From Heterodontus francisci (Eukaryota), in contig NC_090372.1 in assembly GCF_036365525.1 (NCBI RefSeq), forward strand, positions 109,160,380 to 109,224,379: a stretch of DNA of 64,000 nt, written 5' to 3'. The position numbers and the translations under genes are program-made. The notes under the pieces are model-generated. The model was not told the origin of the DNA. It made no database searches and was given only the letters and a program-made list of their open reading frames with translations. Positions 58,040 through 64,000 of this stretch are shown here, in pieces (the stretch's first letter is position 1; every line of letters starts with the position of its first letter).

Positions 58040-59663
58040 CTATTATGAAGGATGTGATAACGAGACGCAGAGAAAATAATGATATGATTGGGCAGAGTTA
58101 ATATGGATTATAAAAGGGAAATCATGTTTGACAAACCTGTTGGAGTTTTTGCGGATGTTATTTGTAGCACGGATAAAGAAGAGCCAGTGGATGTGTTTTT
58201 TTTGGATTTTCAGAAGGCTTTTGATAAGGTCCCACATAGGAGGTTAGTAAACAAAATTAGAGCACATGGGATTGGGGGTAATATACTGGTATGAATTGAG
58301 AATTGGTTAGGACGGCACAGTGGCGCAGTGGTTAGCACTGCAGCCTCACAGCTCCAGCGACCCAGGTTCAGTTCTGGGTACTGCCTGTGTGGAGTTTGCA
58401 AGTTCTCCCTGTTTCCACTGGGTGCTCCGGTTTCCTCCCACAGCCAAAGACTTGTAGGTTGATAGGTAAATTGGCCATTGTAAATTGCCCCGAGTGTGGA
58501 TAGGTGGTAGGAGAATTTAGGGAATATGGGATTAATGTAGGATTAGTATAAATGGGTGGCTGTTGGTCGGTACAGACTCGGTGGGCTGAAGGGCCTGTTT
58601 CAGTGCTGTATCTCTCTATGACTCTATAACAGACAAAAAACAGAGAATAGGAATAATCGGATCGTTCTCAAGATGGCAGGCTGTTACTAGTGAGGTACTG
58701 GGTCCACTGCTGTTCACAATCTATGTAAATGATTTGGATGTGGAGACTAAATGTAATATTTCCAAATTTGCTGATGACACAAAACTAGGTGGGAATATAA
58801 ATTGTAAGGAGGCTTCAAGGGGAGTTGGACAGACTAATTGAATGGGCAAGAACATGGCAGATGGAATATAACGTGAATAAGTGTGAAGTGATCCACTTTG
58901 GTAGAAAAAACAGAAAAGCAGAGTATTTCTTAAATGTGAGAGGTTGGGAAGTGTTAATGTCCAAAGGAACCTGGGTGTCCTTGTTCAGGAGTCACTAAAA
59001 GCTAGAATGCAGGTGCAGCAAGCAATTAGGAAGGCAAATGGTATCATTTCATCACAAAGAGTTTTGAGTACAGGAGAAAAGATGTCTTGCTGCAATTGTA
59101 TGGAGCCTGGTGAGATCACACCTGAAGTACTGTGTGCAGTTTTGGTCTCCTCATCTAAGAAAGGATATACTTGCCATAGAGGGAGTGCAATGGCAGTTCA
59201 CCAGACTAATTCCTGGGATGGCGGGATTGTCTTATGAGGAGCGATTGGGCCTGTATTCGCTAGAGTTTCGAAGAATGAGAGGTGATCTCATTGAAACATA
59301 CAAAATTCTTACAATGAGTGGCAGGGTGGATGTAGATAGGATGTTTCCCCTGGCTGGTGAATCCAGAAACCAGGATGCATAGTCTCAGAATAAGGGGTAG
59401 ACCAGTTCAGGCTAAGATGAGGAATTTCTTCGCTCAGAGGGTGGTGGATCTTTGGAATTCTTTACCCCAGAAGGCTGTGGAAGCCCAATCATTAAGCATG
59501 TTCAAGACAGAAGTCAATAGATATCTGGATACTAATGACATCAAGGGATATGGGAGTAGTGCAGGAAAGTGGCGTTGAGGTAGATGATCTACCATGATCT
59601 AATTGAATGACAGAGCAGGCTCAACAGGCTGAATGGCCTACTCCTGCTCCTATGTTGCTATGA
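58040..59663 (+). mobile_element. CR1 LINE RT and 3' UTR, interrupted by a V-SINE
   Basis: LDFQKAFDKVPHRRL, KFADDTKLG, CVQFWSPHLRKD and a 3' ggcctactcctgctcctatgttgctatg. Same family as 15906-18138. Confidence 0.92.
58310..58627 (+). mobile_element. Full-length V-SINE (HE1-like)
   Basis: tRNA head ggcacagtggcgcagtggttagcactg...ggttcagttc, V-domain tgtgtggagtttgca...gggtgctccggtttcctcccac, and a CR1-derived tail gaagggcctgtttcagtgctgtatctctctatgactcta. Confidence 0.9.
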
Positions 59664-59689
59664 CTGTCAGATTTTGAGTCCAGTAGCCA

Positions 59690-60720
59690 TGAGGAACAAT
59701 ACCCTTCCCAGGAAGGGCAGAGCCCTGGGCATCAGGAGGGCACAGGAGAGGGACGAGGGGCACGGAGGACACAGAGGCCATACCCTCAGCATAGGATCTA
59801 CCAGTGAAGAAGGAGCTACCTTAAGATGACCGAGAACCAGTGTCACTGGAGACTGCGACTCTCTGGGCAGATGGTCCCAGAGATCTGTTTCCTCGTCGCC
59901 AAAGACGTGCCATGCTCTGCCAGTAACTTTCAAAGTCATTGTGGCCTTGAACTTCTTCACCTCTGGTTCCTTCCAATGATCTGCTATGGATCTTGGTGGC
60001 ATCTTACAAATGGTTGCACACCACTGCATCTCTCAGGTCACTGATGCCCTATTTTCGAGAGCTGGACAGTACACTCAATTCCAGACAGAAGTGACGTCAC
60101 AGTCACAGAGGGCATTGGGTTTCACCTCCATCGCTGGATTCCCCCAGATGCAGGGCATAATCGACTGCACCCATGTGGCCATCATGGCACCCAGTGACCA
60201 CCCAGTTAGATTCCTCAGCAGGAAGTCCTTACACTCCCTCAACGTTCAGCTGGTCTACAACCACAACAAGAGCTTCCGCCATGTGTGTGCTCACTTTTCT
60301 GACAGCTGCCATGACTCCTTCATCCTCCAGCAATCCAGGCTGCTGAGCTCTTCACTCTCCCCCAAATAGGAATAGATTCTAGTGGACAAGGGATATCCCT
60401 TATAGAGATGGCTACTCACCCCTCTACAAGAGCCCAAGACAGAGGCAATAAAACCAAAGCCATATGCTTACTAGGACAATGGTTGAGCAGGCCATCAAGC
60501 TTCTGAAGATGTGGTTCCAGTGCCTGGACTGATCAGATGTCGCCCTGCTATACACTCCTGTAAGGGTCTCACTTGTTGTGGTGGTCTGCTGTGCTCTCCA
60601 CAACATCACCCTCCAGAGAGATGTGGAACTTGAGGGCGAGGCCCTGGAAGTTACTGCTCATCAGAGGAAGAGGAGGAGCAGGACGTGCAAGAGGAGATGC
60701 AGGGGAAGGATCCAGAACAC
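59690..60720 (+). pseudogene. HARBI1-like Harbinger transposase remnant
   Basis: GFPQMQGIIDCTHVAI...HSLNVQLV...SCHDSFIL, ILVDKGYPL, VEQAIKLLKMWFQCLD and VVCCALHN. Contains stops and frameshifts. Confidence 0.9.
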
Positions 60721-61119
60721 TGAGGTGTTTCGGCTGCACAGGTTGGTGGCCAGACCTGGCACAGGGCTCAAGGGTCTTGTCAGGAAGCTAACAACATCAG
60801 GGATTATCTGATCCAAGCACATTTCAAGTGAGCCCCTCTGACCCAGGTGGAACAACATAGTATGGAACTCACTTTGAGCTGTCTGTGCTAACAATTCCAT
60901 TGGAGACGCAACCTGGAACATGTAAACTCTTAATGCCAATGAAGGATGCACATCTGCCCAGAGTTCTCACCATCACCATTGATGTACCCATGCTCCCCTT
61001 CACCACTTCATGCCTTTTTTCTTTTCCTGCCCTTAATAAAAGGAGGCTCATGCGTCAAACTTCAAGTGCCAATATTTACATGGAGCTCATAAAAATAGTG
61101 CACACTTACAGGTAGAAGA

Positions 61120-64000
61120 CACCCCAGTGACCCACACAATGCTCTGCCTAACACGGTGGCCTCCTAGCTCAGCCACTTCTATGCGGTGCTCCCTTTGTGG
61201 CCTTGGAGGAAGTGGAAGCAGCCTGCTCACTTGACTTGTCTTGCAGGCGAGATGCACATGGCAGTCGTCCTCGTTGAGGTGCCTATGGGGCATCTCCAGA
61301 GTTTGCTGCACATGATTTATTGCAGGAGCAGCCTCCGTCACTGGGCTCTGCTGCACAGATGCTCCCTCTGTCAGAGGGGCCAAGGAGGTTGAGGGTAATG
61401 ATGGCACCCCATGAAGGGTAGCACCCTCATCCTCCTCGGGGACTCTCTCAGCCCTTGGCTGGCGCTCTGGATGACTGGAGGGGAACAGCAAGTGGCATCC
61501 CCTCCAGACATCCCTGTGCCCTCAGCAGCACAGATCTGTCCATGCAAGATTGTGTACGTCAGTCCCTGCACGCACTGCAAGTGCTACTGCATATGGCTTG
61601 CCACTCTCTCAATGGAGGAGGTCATGCTCTAAGCCCTGAGCCACTGTGGCACACATGAGTTGGATGGACTTCCCCATTCTCTGCCCATGTCCCTGCACTG
61701 CCTCAGGAATCTTCAACATGTGGAAGCATACCTGTTGCTGCTGGTCTGGGTAGAGCCTCCTTTCCTGTGATTCCAGAGGCCCCTTTTCTGTGTACAGCTG
61801 AGCAGAGCGGTGACTGCCCTCTTTCTTCCAAAGGGAATTGCCCACAGCTGCCTCTACCTCTGGCAGCTCCTCCTGCACACTCGTACTATGCTCATCACCC
61901 AGTGCCTCCCTCTCTAACTGCACGTGAGGACCTGCCGAGCAGACTGTATTTGCACTGGTGGACGGTGCACTTGTGAGGTATGAAAGTACTTCTTCTGAGC
62001 TCTACAGTTGCTACTGTTAGCCCGGTGATGGTGAGGGAGTTTGTCTCCTTGCTTCAATGCCAGCACCTGTGGGAGACACAAGAAGAGATTGTGAGAACTA
62101 GCCTTGGAGAGCAGAAGCCTCTGCAGTGCTGAGGCTTCCCAGTGTAGCTCAGTGTTTGGTATTCTTCTGCGCTCCCCCTTAATGGATACATTGCACTTTC
62201 TAGTCACAATCTCCACCACAGATGCCCAATTCGCCATGCCAAAACTTCCTCATGGTCCACGAACCTGGCAATATCCATGGCTCCCTCCTCCATAGCTGTG
62301 ATCTTATGAAAGTAGGGAACACCTGCACCAGTCTGGGCCCTTATATGGGCATTATGAGCCCATTTCTACTGTAAGAACAAAAGAGAAAGAGGTAAGGCAC
62401 TGCTGTCCTCTATGTCCAATACCAGCTGCTCCAATTCATTAGAAGCATCATGTGTTTGGGATAGAAATGCAAAACTGTACTAATGCAGCTCTTGGCTTGC
62501 TGTAGTCATGTGAACTCTACCATGAGGCACTCACTGCAGGCAGCCATCACAGATTCAGTTCAATAAAGACACAGTACAAGCAAGACTGTTTTCCTGTGTG
62601 TTTGTAACATAGCGTCAGAGTGGAGCTGAGATTGAGTGTTGAAGAGCTGGATAGAAGCATAGCTACTGAAAGAAGAACACAGGAATGTTCAGAGCTGCCG
62701 AAAGCTGCTAACAGCGACAGGAAGCCACAGAAAAGGAACAAACAAACAGGCCACAGCTGAAAGAACAGAGTAAGACACAATGGTTATAAATTTTCCTCTC
62801 CTGGCTCCGCTCGAAATGAAAGGTGATATAAAGCAGAACTGGCATTTTCCCATTCGTAATGGCAAAATTACGAAATTGCAACAGCTTTAATTAACAAATC
62901 TGAGAAGCTACGAGTAGCTACGCTTTTATCACTGTTGGGGAGAGACTGTTACAAAGTGTATCCCACCCTAAATCTCTCTGAAGAACATAAAAAACGGACA
63001 GCAGAAATTTTGAAAGCCACGAAGGCACACTTTGAACATTGGGGAGCCAGTCAGGGTATAAACCTTCAACATTCACAACAAGAGTCAGCCCAGTGACAAC
63101 TTGAAACCTGCGTAGAGCAGTTGTTACCTCGATCATACACAGTGGAAGTGAACGGCCAGCTATACCGTCGCAACCACAGGCACATACACACAACTAGAGA
63201 AGCTGTTCCATCATGGCAGGCAGCCAATCAGTAAGATGTGAACTCATCTGTACAGAACCACAGATCAACCATCAGTCCCAGAGGTCCACTTCACCCCAAC
63301 AATGGAAATGGAACAACAACAGTTACTGCGGCAATAACAAGTGACACGGGACCGACACTCCCCGGCGAAGGAAAATCACCCAGATGAACAGCCAATGACA
63401 ATGTACACGCATACCATTAAGAGACCAGCATGATTTAAAGACTATAGGTGCAATGCACGTGCAGAGACTGACGAGAATAATGAACTGCTAATGTATGAGA
63501 GCAGTTGTGTGCATCATGGGTAACTTGGGCAACACATATTGTAAATGATAATGCATGCAAATTTTTTTGTTTTTTTTGTATGAAAAGGGGGATGTTTCGA
63601 ATAGAAATGCAAAACTGTACTAATGCAACTCCTGGCTTGTCGCAGTCATGTGACCTGTACCATGAGGCACTCGCTGCAGGCAGCCATCACAGATTCAGTT
63701 CAATAAACACACAGTAAAAGCAAGACATTTGTCCTGTGAGCTTGTAACAGCATGTTTCAGTGCTGGCAGGTCCTCAGCATGGCTCTGAGCCATTCTGAAG
63801 GGTCAGTAAGTGCCCTGGGCACACACTCCTCCCATGTTCAGGAGAAGCATATGCCGTGAGGCTCCTCAGCTGGTGTGTCGTCTGTAGGGTGAATACCTAG
63901 AGGCCTGTCCTGAGAGTTGAGGTTTTCACTCACCTTGCCAAAACATATCAGGTCATTAAACCTCTTCTGACACTGGATCCAATTTCTGCGTACCGCACCC
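61120..64000 (-). pseudogene. Harbinger Myb/SANT partner gene remnant, convergent with the nuclease; runs off the window
   Basis: Minus strand 64000-63934 reads ...RNWIQCQKRFNDLICFGK|gtgagt. Exon 2 follows cttacag| (~62368): KWAHNAHIRAQTGAG...EEGAMDIA. The exon 3 acceptor is tcccacag| (~62066). Confidence 0.78.
62453..63749 (+). mobile_element. Miniature, internally deleted Gypsy element (157-bp LTRs)
   Basis: LTRs 62453-62609 and 63593-63749. PBS-like tagcgtcagagtgg at 62610, PPT aaaaggggga, TSD tcatg/gcatg. The gag N-terminus (WQNYEIATALINKSEKLRVATLLSLLGRDC) lies next to the IN C-terminus (PRSYTVEVNGQLYRRNHRH). Confidence 0.88.

Noticed and set aside
58310-58385. tRNA gene
   Set aside because: The A/B boxes belong to a SINE head continuing into V-domain and LINE-derived tail. 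The same applies at 9660-9739 and 28190-28260.

Overview
This is repeat-dense vertebrate DNA, most likely from a shark or other elasmobranch. That inference rests on the HE1/V-SINE-type, Deu-domain SINE, CR1, Penelope and Harbinger repertoire. The window is mostly intronic sequence of a THSD7A (thrombospondin type-1 domain-containing 7A) orthologue on the + strand. Three in-frame coding exons are visible (4060-4241, 22406-22561, 23465-23668). The second exon ends in a non-canonical GC donor, and I could not find the next exon in the remaining ~40 kb. The introns hold nested mobile elements: (i) decayed two-gene PIF/Harbinger transposons (spliced Myb/SANT gene convergent with a HARBI1-like nuclease) plus Harbinger MITEs with 3-bp TSDs and a shared flanking motif; (ii) hAT MITEs with 8-bp TSDs; (iii) a Gmr1-type Gypsy element (gag-PR-IN-RT order, tRNA-Pro PBS, 4-bp TSD) with unevenly diverged LTRs; (iv) a 1.3-kb internally deleted Gypsy and solo LTRs; (v) CR1, L2 and RTE LINEs, and SINEs including an LF-SINE-like relic; (vi) Penelope-type termini carrying hammerhead-ribozyme-like cores. 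I found no intact novel protein-coding system. Family assignments come from motif recognition by eye, not database searches. Element boundaries without a TSD or TIR are approximate.
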